A stretch of DNA of 64,000 bases from the NCBI GenBank assembly GCA_964574685.1, contig CAZNOI010000005.1, forward strand, positions 1,493 to 65,492. The letters are read 5' to 3'. The notes beneath the pieces were generated by a model. That model was not told where the DNA came from, did not search any database, and saw nothing but the letters and a program-made list of their open reading frames with translations. The position numbers and the translations under genes are program-made. Source of the DNA: an uncultured Dehalococcoidia bacterium (GTDB lineage: Bacteria; Chloroflexota; Dehalococcoidia; SZUA-161). Positions 53,361 to 62,775 of this stretch are shown here, piece after piece. Each line of letters opens with the position of its first letter. Within the stretch, counting starts at the first letter, position 1.

Positions 53361-54317
53361 GTGAAGATGAGTGAAGAAGACCTGCAGTGCTCCGGGAACG
53401 CGGAGCGGACCCTGGCTGTGTTGAAGAACGTTGGTCTCGATGGCAAAGGGAAGGGGCGGCTCCTTCTCACCGGACAGACCATAGCCTATGAGGCGAGAAA
53501 TGGGCTCTTCTCACGCACGAAGACTGAGCTGACGATCGATCTAGCGGCGGTGTCTTCCGCTGTCAGGGATGAGGCTTCGAACGAGCTGGTGGTCGAGTGG
53601 CTGGACGACCAGGAATACTGCTCCGTCACGTTCAGATTGCCAAAAGGGCACGCGGCAGAATTCGGACAGGCGCTGAATGAGCTCCTTGAGCAAATGAGAG
53701 CGGACGAGGAGCTGGAGAGGCGGAAGGCTGAGTACGTAGATTTCCTGTGGGGAACCGCCTACGATGTCTGGGTTCTGACAGGTCTCTTGATCGAGACTGT
53801 TGAGCAACTCACGCTCGACGACTGGGCCGCGGTGGACGGACTCGCGGAACAGATCAATGAATCTGTGAGAAACGGACTCTCGCTCCCTCGGGTTTCTGTG
53901 CACTCGCTGGCCGACTCGCTGGCGAGCCGTGATGGGCCGCTAGTGCTCCGTGAGGTAAGCGACATCCTCAGGGCCATAGGCAGTACGCTGAACGACGAGC
54001 TGTGCCCTGCCGATGAGTGGGGTGAGCTGGTACTTGACGAAGGATTGGGAATCAAGTGGCGGGACATCCGCTTCATCTACCTGTTCGCGCTGAGCCACAG
54101 GCTTCTTCCTCTGGCGCGCAGGCTGTGCAACCGTGAGGAGCTTGAGAATACGATGCATCGGCTGCAGCGATTCGGGCTGGTGCTCAGCGAGACCCTAATG
54201 GAACAGGCAAACATATGTGATATGCAGGACGCCGAACTGGAGGACCTGGCAGCAGGCGTGGATGAGACGGCGTACGAGGTCGAACAGTCACTCAAGGAAA
54301 GGGCCGGGGTCGCCTAG
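53361..54317 (+). CDS. Hypothetical protein with PH/GRAM-like N-terminus and helical C-terminus
   Basis: GRLLLTGQTIAYE..GLFS...LTIDLAAVSS beta pattern followed by a coiled-coil stretch. Confidence 0.7.
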   Translation: MKMSEEDLQCSGNAERTLAVLKNVGLDGKGKGRLLLTGQTIAYEARNGLFSRTKTELTIDLAAVSSAVRDEASNELVVEWLDDQEYCSVTFRLPKGHAAEFGQALNELLEQMRADEELERRKAEYVDFLWGTAYDVWVLTGLLIETVEQLTLDDWAAVDGLAEQINESVRNGLSLPRVSVHSLADSLASRDGPLVLREVSDILRAIGSTLNDELCPADEWGELVLDEGLGIKWRDIRFIYLFALSHRLLPLARRLCNREELENTMHRLQRFGLVLSETLMEQANICDMQDAELEDLAAGVDETAYEVEQSLKERAGVA

Positions 54318-55751
54318 ATGGCATTGCAGCAGATAGGGAGCGAAGGCTTGTCCTGCCCCAGGGGCCACGAGAACAGAGGTGGCGCCGAATGGTGCACTGC
54401 GTGTGGGATGCCGGTCATTGACTTCGATGAGGAAATGGACCGGGTTCTCCGTCTGCTGGCTGGCTGGGAACGGCACACCAGGTTCGTCAAGGAGCGCGTG
54501 TTCATCGGCGTGGGAGGTCAGGGCACCCGTTTGGTCTCGTGCTTCTGCCGGTACTGGGCCGAGTACCTGAAATCCTCGGAGTACCTGCTCATCGATTCCT
54601 CCCCGGAAATCCACAGCTTCGCATCGTCCGTGGCCTCGACCAAGACCGGGGGAGATGAGCCCGCCAGGGTCCCAAGGCGTCACCAGATGCCCGGATCACA
54701 GAGCAGGCAACTTGGCTATTTCGGCCTCGGGGAGTTCCTGGCCCAGGCGGACGATACTCTCAACGATACCCTAATGAAGTGTGGGGTAAGGCCTGCGAGC
54801 AGCAAGCAGCTTGTGCTGACGGTATCAGCGCTCGGCGGAGGGACCGGCGCCGGTGTAAGTCCTAACGTCCTGCAGCGCGTCAGGAGCCTGAATCCAAACT
54901 GCCGAAACGTGATTATCGCAATAATGCCCGGTGACGACGAACCGGACAGCGCGCACTTCAATGCCTACTGCTCGCTGTCCAGGTTCATCAGGTCGGAGGC
55001 GGGTCCCCTCGCCGATATGGTGCTCTTGGTCGATCATGATAGGCTCATGAGACTCAGGGGCGTGGATTCCAGGGGCGAGGAGATGGCAAACGATTCCCTG
55101 GTGTCCCACATGATCGCCGTACTGACCGGCGGAGCGGCCGAGCTGGGGAAAGCCCAGACGGACCCGGGCTACCTTGCCAGGATGAGCAGATCGATGGGCA
55201 TACATGCCTTCGTTCCGTGCCTGGCTGTGGGCCGGAGTCTGGAGATATTCGGCAGTCTCACAAACATACTGGAGAGCGCTCTCGCCTGTCCACTGGCGCC
55301 GATCGACAGGGAGTCCATAGCACTGTCCTTCGTGCTTGTCCAGGTCCCGGAAAGACTTGTCCAGTCCATGCCGGAGGAAAGGCTTCGGGCAGAGCTGAAC
55401 AAGTGGAACAAGGAGAGATTCCCAAACCTGCGCGGCGGCGCCATTCAGTTCATGCACTCGAATCGCGGTTCGGACCGAATCGATGTATGCTTCCTGCTGG
55501 GCGGCACGAAGCTGGAGATCGCCGCCGGAAGGGCCAAAGAAGGCTTTGAGAGCTTCAAGTCAGTTGTGGAAAGTGATTCCTGGGCGGAGGAATACTCGTC
55601 GCCCGGAGCTGTCTTCGAAGTGGACCAGGCTGTCCGATGGTATGACGGCAGGCTCGACGACACTGGAACGCGCACCGAGGGCGTGTACGTCTGGACCAAC
55701 CAGAGTGAGAAGTCTGCTCATGGTCAGGAATCATCCTCTCCAGTAGACTAG
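54318..55751 (+). CDS. Zinc-ribbon plus tubulin/FtsZ (CetZ-like) GTPase
   Basis: CPRGH...CTACG ribbon, T1 FIGVGGQG, signature ALGGGTGAG, IAIMP, VLLVDHD, tubulin-type C-terminal domain. Confidence 0.85.
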   Translation: MALQQIGSEGLSCPRGHENRGGAEWCTACGMPVIDFDEEMDRVLRLLAGWERHTRFVKERVFIGVGGQGTRLVSCFCRYWAEYLKSSEYLLIDSSPEIHSFASSVASTKTGGDEPARVPRRHQMPGSQSRQLGYFGLGEFLAQADDTLNDTLMKCGVRPASSKQLVLTVSALGGGTGAGVSPNVLQRVRSLNPNCRNVIIAIMPGDDEPDSAHFNAYCSLSRFIRSEAGPLADMVLLVDHDRLMRLRGVDSRGEEMANDSLVSHMIAVLTGGAAELGKAQTDPGYLARMSRSMGIHAFVPCLAVGRSLEIFGSLTNILESALACPLAPIDRESIALSFVLVQVPERLVQSMPEERLRAELNKWNKERFPNLRGGAIQFMHSNRGSDRIDVCFLLGGTKLEIAAGRAKEGFESFKSVVESDSWAEEYSSPGAVFEVDQAVRWYDGRLDDTGTRTEGVYVWTNQSEKSAHGQESSSPVD

Positions 55752-55859
55752 CCACGTTACGCCCTCGTATCTCCCTGAGAACGGTTCTTTGTCGTCCTTC
55801 TGCTGTGCGTCGGTGCAGACGCAGTCCCCCAAATGCTATAATCGGCAGAAGGGGGTATC

Positions 55860-56570
55860 TTGTCTGCCAACAGGGTCCTGGTGGTTGAAGACGACCGGAC
55901 TCTCCTCGAAGTCCTTCGCTACAATCTCAGCAACGAAGGCTATGAAGTCATCGTTGCTACGGACGGCGCCGAGGCGCTGGAGTTGGCCCGCGCCCAGAAA
56001 CCAGACCTCATTATCCTCGACATAATGCTCCCGAAGCTTGATGGCTTCGACGTATGCCGCATCCTGAGATCTGAGACCAATATCCCCATCGTTATGCTGA
56101 CGGCGAAGACCGAGGAAGTGGACAGGGTTGTCGGCCTGGAACTCGGTGCCGACGACTACATAATCAAGCCCTTCAGCATGCGCGAGTTGCTCGCCCGGGC
56201 GAAGGCCGTTGTTCGCCGGTCAACCCTGGCCAGAGAGGAAGCCGAGAGCCCGGCGGTCGAGCCGGCGTCCGGACTGGTGACGATCGGAGAATTGCAGATC
56301 GACATCGACCGTCGTCGTGTCTACCTCGCGGGCGTCGACCTCGAAGTGAGCCCCAAGGAGTTCGAACTTCTGCACTATCTGATTGCCAACAGGGGACGTG
56401 TGTTCGACAGAGAGCACCTGCTTGAGAGGGTGTGGGGCTACAACTACGTTGGAGACCCGCGCACCGTCGACGTGCACGTCAGGTGGCTCAGGCAGAAGAT
56501 TGAGGCCGACCCGTCGCACCCGAGACACCTTGTCACGGTCAGGGGCGTCGGGTACAAGTACGAGGACTAG
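55860..56570 (+). CDS. OmpR/PhoB-family response regulator
   Basis: ILDIMLP, LELGADDYIIKPF, RTVDVHVRWLRQKIE, TVRGVGYK. Confidence 0.95.
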   Translation: MSANRVLVVEDDRTLLEVLRYNLSNEGYEVIVATDGAEALELARAQKPDLIILDIMLPKLDGFDVCRILRSETNIPIVMLTAKTEEVDRVVGLELGADDYIIKPFSMRELLARAKAVVRRSTLAREEAESPAVEPASGLVTIGELQIDIDRRRVYLAGVDLEVSPKEFELLHYLIANRGRVFDREHLLERVWGYNYVGDPRTVDVHVRWLRQKIEADPSHPRHLVTVRGVGYKYED

Positions 56571-56572
56571 CC

Positions 56573-58354
56573 TTGTTTCACAGCATCAAGTGGCGTACAG
56601 CTACAGCCTTCGCTCTCATCACGGTCATATGCGTCGGGGGGGTGAGCGGCTATCTGGCGCACTTCTTGAGGCAGAGTCATCTGGAGAGCCTCGAGACTCA
56701 ACTGACTGCTCAGGCGCAGATGCTTGGCTCCGCCTGCGCGGCCGGCCTCCGATCCGGTGATTCAGATACCCTGCAGGATGTGCTGTTGAGGATGGGGCAG
56801 TCGACCGACACCCGGATGGTGCTGCTTGACAATGCTGGAGCTGTGTTGGCGAATCCGGGAAGCCCCATCATGGATGAGGTCGACAGGAATGCCCCGGAGG
56901 TTGTGATGGCGCTCTACCGGGGTGAGGGGAGTGACATCCGGCGGAGCGAGGAGCTTGGTCAGGACGCGATGTACGTAGCAGTCCCGGTCGTATACGAGGG
57001 GCAGGACCTGGGTATCGCTGTGGTGTCCGCTTCTCTCGGCTTCGTCGGGAATTACCTTGGACAGGTAACCGGTGCGATAGTGGCCGGAGCAGCCATATCC
57101 GCCTTCGCTGTCGTCGCGCTTTCACTTCAGATAACCAAGGTAACCAGCGGCCCGGTGAACAAGCTTACTCGCCTGTCGCGGAAGGTTGCTGAGGGTGAGC
57201 TTGACCAGGAGATAGAAGTTGTCTCAGTCGACGAGGTGGGAGAGTTGGCCCAGGCATTCAACGCGATGGTCGGTCGCATCAGGGAGATGATGTCGATCGT
57301 GACCAAAGAACGCGACCGCATGGCCACCATCCTTTCCGAGATGGGTGACGGTATATTCGTGGTGGACGTGGACAGCAGGGTTGCTGTGATCAACCCGGCA
57401 GCCGAGCGCATGTTGCGCGTCACCAATGTCGAGGTGCTGGGGAAGCCGTTTGTCGAGGTCGTCAGGGACTACGAACTGGACGAGCTTATCAAGAATTGCC
57501 TCAAGACAGGTCGGCAGCTCAGTGCGAACGTCGAGACGAGTCCGCAGAAGCAGTTTCTGTGGGTCTTCGCCACGCCCCTCGAGCAGGAGTCGGGTTGCCT
57601 CGTATTGCTGCGTGACCTCACCGAGCTTCGGCGGCTGGAGCGGGTCAGGCAGGACTTCGTATCCAATATCTCGCACGAGTTGCGGACGCCCATAGCTTCG
57701 GTGAAGGCTCTGGCCGAAACACTTCAGCGCGGTGCGGTGGACGACCTCGCTGTCTCAAGGGACTTCCTCGCCAAGATCAACACCGAGGCGGACCGACTGG
57801 CACAGATGGTACAGGAGTTGGCCGACCTGGCGCGCATCGAGAGCGGCCAGGTGACTCTCGAGAGAAAAGCCTTCTCAATCAGTGACGCTATCGTGCAGGT
57901 CGTAGACAGATTGCAGCCTCAGGCGGACGCGGTGAATGTTCGCCTCAACGTCGATACGACCTCGGACATACCGCAGGCATGGGGCGATACGAGCCGGATA
58001 GAGCAGGTGCTCGTGAACATCGTCCACAATGCCATCAAGTTCACTCCGGCCGGTGGAGACATCACCGTTTCGGCCAGAGGCAACGGCCGGGAGGTCATGG
58101 TGTCGGTGGCGGATACCGGGGTAGGGATACCCTCAGACGACCTGCCAAGGATATTCGAACGCTTCTACAAGGCCGACCGTGCAAGGAGCGGTGGAGGGAC
58201 CGGGTTGGGATTGGCTATCGCCAAGCATATCGTCGAGGCCCACGACGGCCGCATATGGGCTGACTCACTGGAGGGCAAGGGTTCCACATTCAGCTTCGTT
58301 GTGCCCGCGGCTCCTCAGGAGGATGTCGACACGGGACAGGCGCTGTGGGACTAG
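56573..58354 (+). CDS. Sensor histidine kinase (HAMP-PAS-HisKA-HATPase; PhoR/WalK type)
   Basis: FVSNISHELRTP, NIVHNAIKF, DTGVGI, GGTGLGLAI. Confidence 0.95.
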   Translation: MFHSIKWRTATAFALITVICVGGVSGYLAHFLRQSHLESLETQLTAQAQMLGSACAAGLRSGDSDTLQDVLLRMGQSTDTRMVLLDNAGAVLANPGSPIMDEVDRNAPEVVMALYRGEGSDIRRSEELGQDAMYVAVPVVYEGQDLGIAVVSASLGFVGNYLGQVTGAIVAGAAISAFAVVALSLQITKVTSGPVNKLTRLSRKVAEGELDQEIEVVSVDEVGELAQAFNAMVGRIREMMSIVTKERDRMATILSEMGDGIFVVDVDSRVAVINPAAERMLRVTNVEVLGKPFVEVVRDYELDELIKNCLKTGRQLSANVETSPQKQFLWVFATPLEQESGCLVLLRDLTELRRLERVRQDFVSNISHELRTPIASVKALAETLQRGAVDDLAVSRDFLAKINTEADRLAQMVQELADLARIESGQVTLERKAFSISDAIVQVVDRLQPQADAVNVRLNVDTTSDIPQAWGDTSRIEQVLVNIVHNAIKFTPAGGDITVSARGNGREVMVSVADTGVGIPSDDLPRIFERFYKADRARSGGGTGLGLAIAKHIVEAHDGRIWADSLEGKGSTFSFVVPAAPQEDVDTGQALWD

Positions 58355-58380
58355 TCGGAAATGCCGACCCGGTCTGGTAG

Positions 58381-59421
58381 CTAGGCCCGGGACAGGACGA
58401 GCCGCCGTGACAGCACCATGAACGCGGCCCCAAGAAGTACCAGCGGCGCGGCGTAGAAAAGGACATGCGGCATGCCGACGTGCTGGTCGGCGGCGGCCAG
58501 CCGGGTCAGCAGCGCGAATGGAGAGGGTTCGAGAAAGTAGGCGGCACCGGCGGTCCCGACCAGCGCAATCGAGAATACGAACTGTGCCCTCTCTCGGTCC
58601 TTGAAGTAGAGCGCGATGATTGCCGCACCGAACGACACTGTGCCTGCGATCATGAGCGTTAGAAGCAATACCAGTCCGAGGTTCGATATCTCGAAGTTGT
58701 TGAACCGCAGGAGTATGGCCCAGAGCGCGCACTGGAGGACGGCGGCAAGGACAGCGGCACAGACCTTCGATCCGAATATCTGATTCAGCGAGACAGGTGC
58801 CGCCCACAGGGTATCCAGCGTCTTGTTCTCCGTCTCCTCGGACACGGTGTCGACAACAATGCTGCCGGCGATGAATGCAGGGAAGAGCATGAGTATCGGG
58901 ATTATTATCGAATAGAGGAACTCGTAGTTGGTGTGGGGCTTGCCTTCCAGCCCTTCGTACCGCAGCTCGACCCCGTTGATTCCCCTCAGGAAGTTCTCGT
59001 ACTGCTTTAGTGACTCGTCCAGAACCATCAGTGCAAGGGTCTTCTGTGTATCGGCCTCGGGCACGATCAGCTTCAGGTCTGACGGACCCAGCTTGACCTC
59101 CGGCACGTAGATGACCGTGTCGATGTGTCCCGCCTCGAAGGCGTCTTCGGCGATATCAAGGTCAGGGAACGGCGTGACGGGAAGCCCGCGCTGCTCAAGC
59201 ATTGTGACGAGCGGACCCGACGTGTCACCGACAACGCCGACATCCACGCGAACGTTGGTGTTCTGGCCTATAGAGGCGGGATCATAGAACGACATGACGC
59301 CGATCAGGATGACGGAAGAGAAGGAGGCTATGAGGAACTGTATCAGGATGGCCAGCAGGATGGTCTTCTCCCGCTTGATCGACTTCAATTCCCTCGTAAC
59401 GAGGGTCAGGAACTGCTTCAC
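58381..59421 (-). CDS. ABC-2 type exporter permease
   Basis: RELKSIKREK start, EETENKTLDTLWAAPVS...IFGSK motif, six TM helices. Confidence 0.85.
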   Translation of the reverse strand: MKQFLTLVTRELKSIKREKTILLAILIQFLIASFSSVILIGVMSFYDPASIGQNTNVRVDVGVVGDTSGPLVTMLEQRGLPVTPFPDLDIAEDAFEAGHIDTVIYVPEVKLGPSDLKLIVPEADTQKTLALMVLDESLKQYENFLRGINGVELRYEGLEGKPHTNYEFLYSIIIPILMLFPAFIAGSIVVDTVSEETENKTLDTLWAAPVSLNQIFGSKVCAAVLAAVLQCALWAILLRFNNFEISNLGLVLLLTLMIAGTVSFGAAIIALYFKDRERAQFVFSIALVGTAGAAYFLEPSPFALLTRLAAADQHVGMPHVLFYAAPLVLLGAAFMVLSRRLVLSRA

Positions 59422-61286
59422 AGTACCTCACCTATGATGTAAAGGTTGTACACGGCGTGCAGGATCCCGCCGGCGAGGATGGCCAGAGGATAGAATCGGA
59501 CCCCGAGTCGGGCCGTCGTCAGGCACACAACCGCCGTGGCGACGAAATGCATGAGCATGGGTGCAACGAGCAGACCCGCACTGAAAAGCGCCTCGATGAA
59601 GAGCGATTGCGACACGACACTCATGGCCAGATAGAGCAGCAGCTTCTCTCCCAGCAGGAACCCCAGAGCCGACACCAGTGAGAGCATGATCAATGCCCTT
59701 CGCGATCGGATAATTCCGTTCTTGATCAGCACTACGATCCCCGTCGACTTCGCCACTTCCTCGACCACGATAGATACGGCGAACAACGCCCAAAGGGAAG
59801 CCGGCATGGGCAGGTTCGAGGCCACGACGATGGATGCGAGCTGTACCATGAATACGAGGGGGATCGCGCACAGGCTCAGGAAGAAGATGGAAAGGCTGAG
59901 ATGGTCCTTGTTGACTGCCAGATAGACCGCCTCGCCTATCTTGCGATGGAGCGGCCTGAAGCCCATGAGGAATTCCTCATTGAACATCCGCGTCCCCAGA
60001 AACACGGCTACCGCGAAGATGAGGTACATGGGCGTCGTCGACAGCAGGTACTGGGTGATTCCGAATGACTCTCCCTGATACATCTGGACGGCGAGGGTAA
60101 GGGGGGATATGTAGCTGAGGTTGCTGACTCCCGAGAACATAGCCGGCGCAACCAGGTAGGCCGTAATCACCCAGACTGCCAGGACTGAGAAGAACGTCTG
60201 GTCCTTGAACGTCCTGTAAAGCAGCGCGACCATGAGATAGATGGCCATTATGAAGAGCATCACCGGGGTGAAGATAGCGAGTCCCGCGGGCACACTGCCC
60301 CCCAGAACCAGGGTGATGCCGATCACACAGAGTATGCCGTACACGAGGTACGGAAGCATCTTACCGATGATTACCTGCAGCGGTGTCACAGGTGCTGACA
60401 TCAGGATGATGAGCTTCCTGTTCGTCTTCTCCTCCATGAAGCTGCTGGTGAAGAACACGCTGACGAAGAACAGCGGCACAACATACAGGAATGCCAGTAT
60501 CACCTGAGCGAGGGGAGTCGGTGGAGTCATGAGCGACGGCACTATGATGTCCTGGTCGGAGACGAACTCGGCGTTGAACTCGGGTAGCCCTCGCGAGCCC
60601 TTCCGCTCTTCCAGTTGGTCACGTACCGCCTGATCGGTGTGGCTGGAATGGGCCGGTCCCTCGTCCGGCGGCTCTGTCAGGCTTCCGGGACCGTTCTGCC
60701 CGGCGCTCCCGGGGTCGGAGCTCTCGATGGAGGTGGCGGAGGAGTTCTCCGACTTCTCCCCCGTGTCGGAGACAACGGCAGGCTCGGTCGACTCCAGGAT
60801 GTCGGAGAGGGATGGGCCGTCCTCTGAACTGCCTGCGGATGCCATCTCGCGCACCTCGACGCGCAGAGGGAAGGCCTCGGCAAGGTCGTATTCCTGCGCT
60901 ATTCTGTCCAACTCCAGCCCGCCGAGATGCTGCTTCAGTGCACTGGTAGCGTACTGCGAGCGGGGAGCGCTGGTGATGAAGACCCGGTCTTCGTACATAT
61001 AGACATCTATGTCACCTGCCTCAAGTGCGGCCAGTCCGGCGTCGAAGTCCATCGTCAGTCGATTGAATCTGGCGTCGTCAAGCGGGGGCGCTCCTGCTCC
61101 TGCACCGATCACATACATGTCTCTGGCAATGACCATGTCCTGCTGATACACAGCGAGGCCGGTAACCAGCGATATGGCCAGGACGGCCAGCACGACAAGC
61201 CTGGACTTGCCGGGGAACCTCGATCTGAGGCGGGTTACCTCGCGTCTGGAGATGATGAGGATGTTTCTCATAGGCCCTGCTCGCAA
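59418..61286 (-). CDS. ABC-2 permease fused to a PrsW-family (M82) intramembrane protease domain
   Basis: EEKTNRKLIILMSAPV...GK permease motif; C-terminal EEVAK, GFLLGE, MHFVAT and LHAVYN motifs. Confidence 0.75.
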   Translation of the reverse strand: MRAGPMRNILIISRREVTRLRSRFPGKSRLVVLAVLAISLVTGLAVYQQDMVIARDMYVIGAGAGAPPLDDARFNRLTMDFDAGLAALEAGDIDVYMYEDRVFITSAPRSQYATSALKQHLGGLELDRIAQEYDLAEAFPLRVEVREMASAGSSEDGPSLSDILESTEPAVVSDTGEKSENSSATSIESSDPGSAGQNGPGSLTEPPDEGPAHSSHTDQAVRDQLEERKGSRGLPEFNAEFVSDQDIIVPSLMTPPTPLAQVILAFLYVVPLFFVSVFFTSSFMEEKTNRKLIILMSAPVTPLQVIIGKMLPYLVYGILCVIGITLVLGGSVPAGLAIFTPVMLFIMAIYLMVALLYRTFKDQTFFSVLAVWVITAYLVAPAMFSGVSNLSYISPLTLAVQMYQGESFGITQYLLSTTPMYLIFAVAVFLGTRMFNEEFLMGFRPLHRKIGEAVYLAVNKDHLSLSIFFLSLCAIPLVFMVQLASIVVASNLPMPASLWALFAVSIVVEEVAKSTGIVVLIKNGIIRSRRALIMLSLVSALGFLLGEKLLLYLAMSVVSQSLFIEALFSAGLLVAPMLMHFVATAVVCLTTARLGVRFYPLAILAGGILHAVYNLYIIGEVL

Positions 61287-61517
61287 GTTAGCATATGCTC
61301 CAATTCGCCAACAATGGTGATTTCCGGTACTTTCGGGTGGGAAAATGGTACCGCGTGAAGGTTCGGTTACTTCGGGTCAGGTGGGGGCAGGTACGAAATC
61401 GCCAGCGCTCCCGCGACTTATTCGTCATGTTCAGCCGTAGAGCGACGAGGTAGACTGATTCTCAGGGGTGGGCAGTCGGCTGCCCGCCAACTATCTGTTG
61501 CGGTGCCCGAGTAAGAG

Positions 61518-62420
61518 GTGAGCTCAATGGAGGCAATCGTCAGCTTGAATTCGGTTGTGAAGCGCTACGGCGATCTCGACGCTGTGAAGGGATTCGACCT
61601 GGAGGTCAGGAACGGCGAGATACTGGGCATCATCGGCCACAATGGTGCCGGCAAGAGCACCACGATCAAGATGATCACCGGCCTTCTGTCCCCCACTTCC
61701 GGCACCGTTGAGGTTATGGGCACCGACATGGGAAAGGACTGCACGGAGGTCAAGAGGTCGATAGGTTACCTGCCGGAGGAGAGCCCGCTTTACGAGAACA
61801 TGTCGGTGACAGAGTACCTGATGTTCTTCTCGCAGCTCTACGGCGTTCCGAAGGAACGCGCCAGAGAGCGCATAGGACTGCTTCTTGACTCCCTGAGACT
61901 GTCGAGCAGGGACAAGCTTGCCGGCGAACTCTCCAAGGGCATGAAGCGGAAGGTGGCCATAGCCCGCACGCTTCTGCACGACCCCAGGCTGCTGGTCCTC
62001 GATGAGCCCAGCTCAGGACTGGACCCGCTGACCTCCTTTTTCATCATCGACTACCTCAAATCGCTCAACAGGCAGGGAAAGACGATCATACTCAGCGCAC
62101 ACAACCTGTTCCACGTTGAGTACATATGTGACAGGGTCGCCATCATGAAGAACGGCGAGCTGGCGCTTTGCGACACTGTGGAGGCAATGCGGGAAAGCAT
62201 CGGCAAGCGTGAGTATGAGATAACCTTTGGAGCCGATGCCCAGCTTGACTACGAGCGGCGGGAGGACAACTACGTCTTCCGCGCGGCTGATGTCGGCAAG
62301 ATAGCTTCGGTGCTGCAGGCGATATCGGAGAACAACTGGGCGCTCATCGACCTCTCGGTCCGCCAGTCGGCCCTCGAGGACATGTATGTGGGGCTGATGT
62401 CCGAGGTAGCCAGCCGGTAA
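61518..62420 (+). CDS. ABC transporter ATP-binding protein
   Basis: GHNGAGKST, LSKGMKRK, LVLDEPSSGLD, SAHNL. Confidence 0.96.
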   Translation: MSSMEAIVSLNSVVKRYGDLDAVKGFDLEVRNGEILGIIGHNGAGKSTTIKMITGLLSPTSGTVEVMGTDMGKDCTEVKRSIGYLPEESPLYENMSVTEYLMFFSQLYGVPKERARERIGLLLDSLRLSSRDKLAGELSKGMKRKVAIARTLLHDPRLLVLDEPSSGLDPLTSFFIIDYLKSLNRQGKTIILSAHNLFHVEYICDRVAIMKNGELALCDTVEAMRESIGKREYEITFGADAQLDYERREDNYVFRAADVGKIASVLQAISENNWALIDLSVRQSALEDMYVGLMSEVASR

Positions 62421-62683
62421 AGACCCCCCGGTTCGGCCTGATCCTCGACATTCCTGTCGATCCAATTGCCGAAGCTCACGTTGAGCAGCCTGTGGCATTC
62501 CTCGACTGAGGTGTCCTCCATCATCTTGAAGGCCCTGCTCAGTGATTGTCTGGATGGCTCCTCCATGGGAAGACCGCTGCCAAAGGCGAAGAAGTTCTCT
62601 GCACCCCTGGTGGGGTCCATCTGGAAGTACTCGATGCCTCCCGCCGCGTCCCTGCTTACGAGGCTTATGTTCCAGGGCACCAC
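62270..62683 (-). CDS. Possible hypothetical protein overlapping the ABC ATPase 3' end
   Basis: GC3-rich codons over about 90 codons and a GGAG RBS before a GTG; the last 150 nt run antisense to the ATPase. Confidence 0.35.
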   Translation of the reverse strand: MVPWNISLVSRDAAGGIEYFQMDPTRGAENFFAFGSGLPMEEPSRQSLSRAFKMMEDTSVEECHRLLNVSFGNWIDRNVEDQAEPGGLYRLATSDISPTYMSSRADWRTERSMSAQLFSDIACSTEAILPTSAARKT

Positions 62684-62775
62684 TTTCGTTCTCCGCGGGT
62701 TTGGAGACAAGTCCCGTGGTCATTCTGACTCCGTTATCCGAGCGGCACCCATGGAAGTCGATCGACCGAGGCCAG

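Noticed and set aside
48266-55751. Canonical cell-division ftsZ
   Set aside because: Both proteins deviate from FtsZ (no GAGANPEVG loop, extra domains) and no dcw genes are nearby, so no gene symbol was given.
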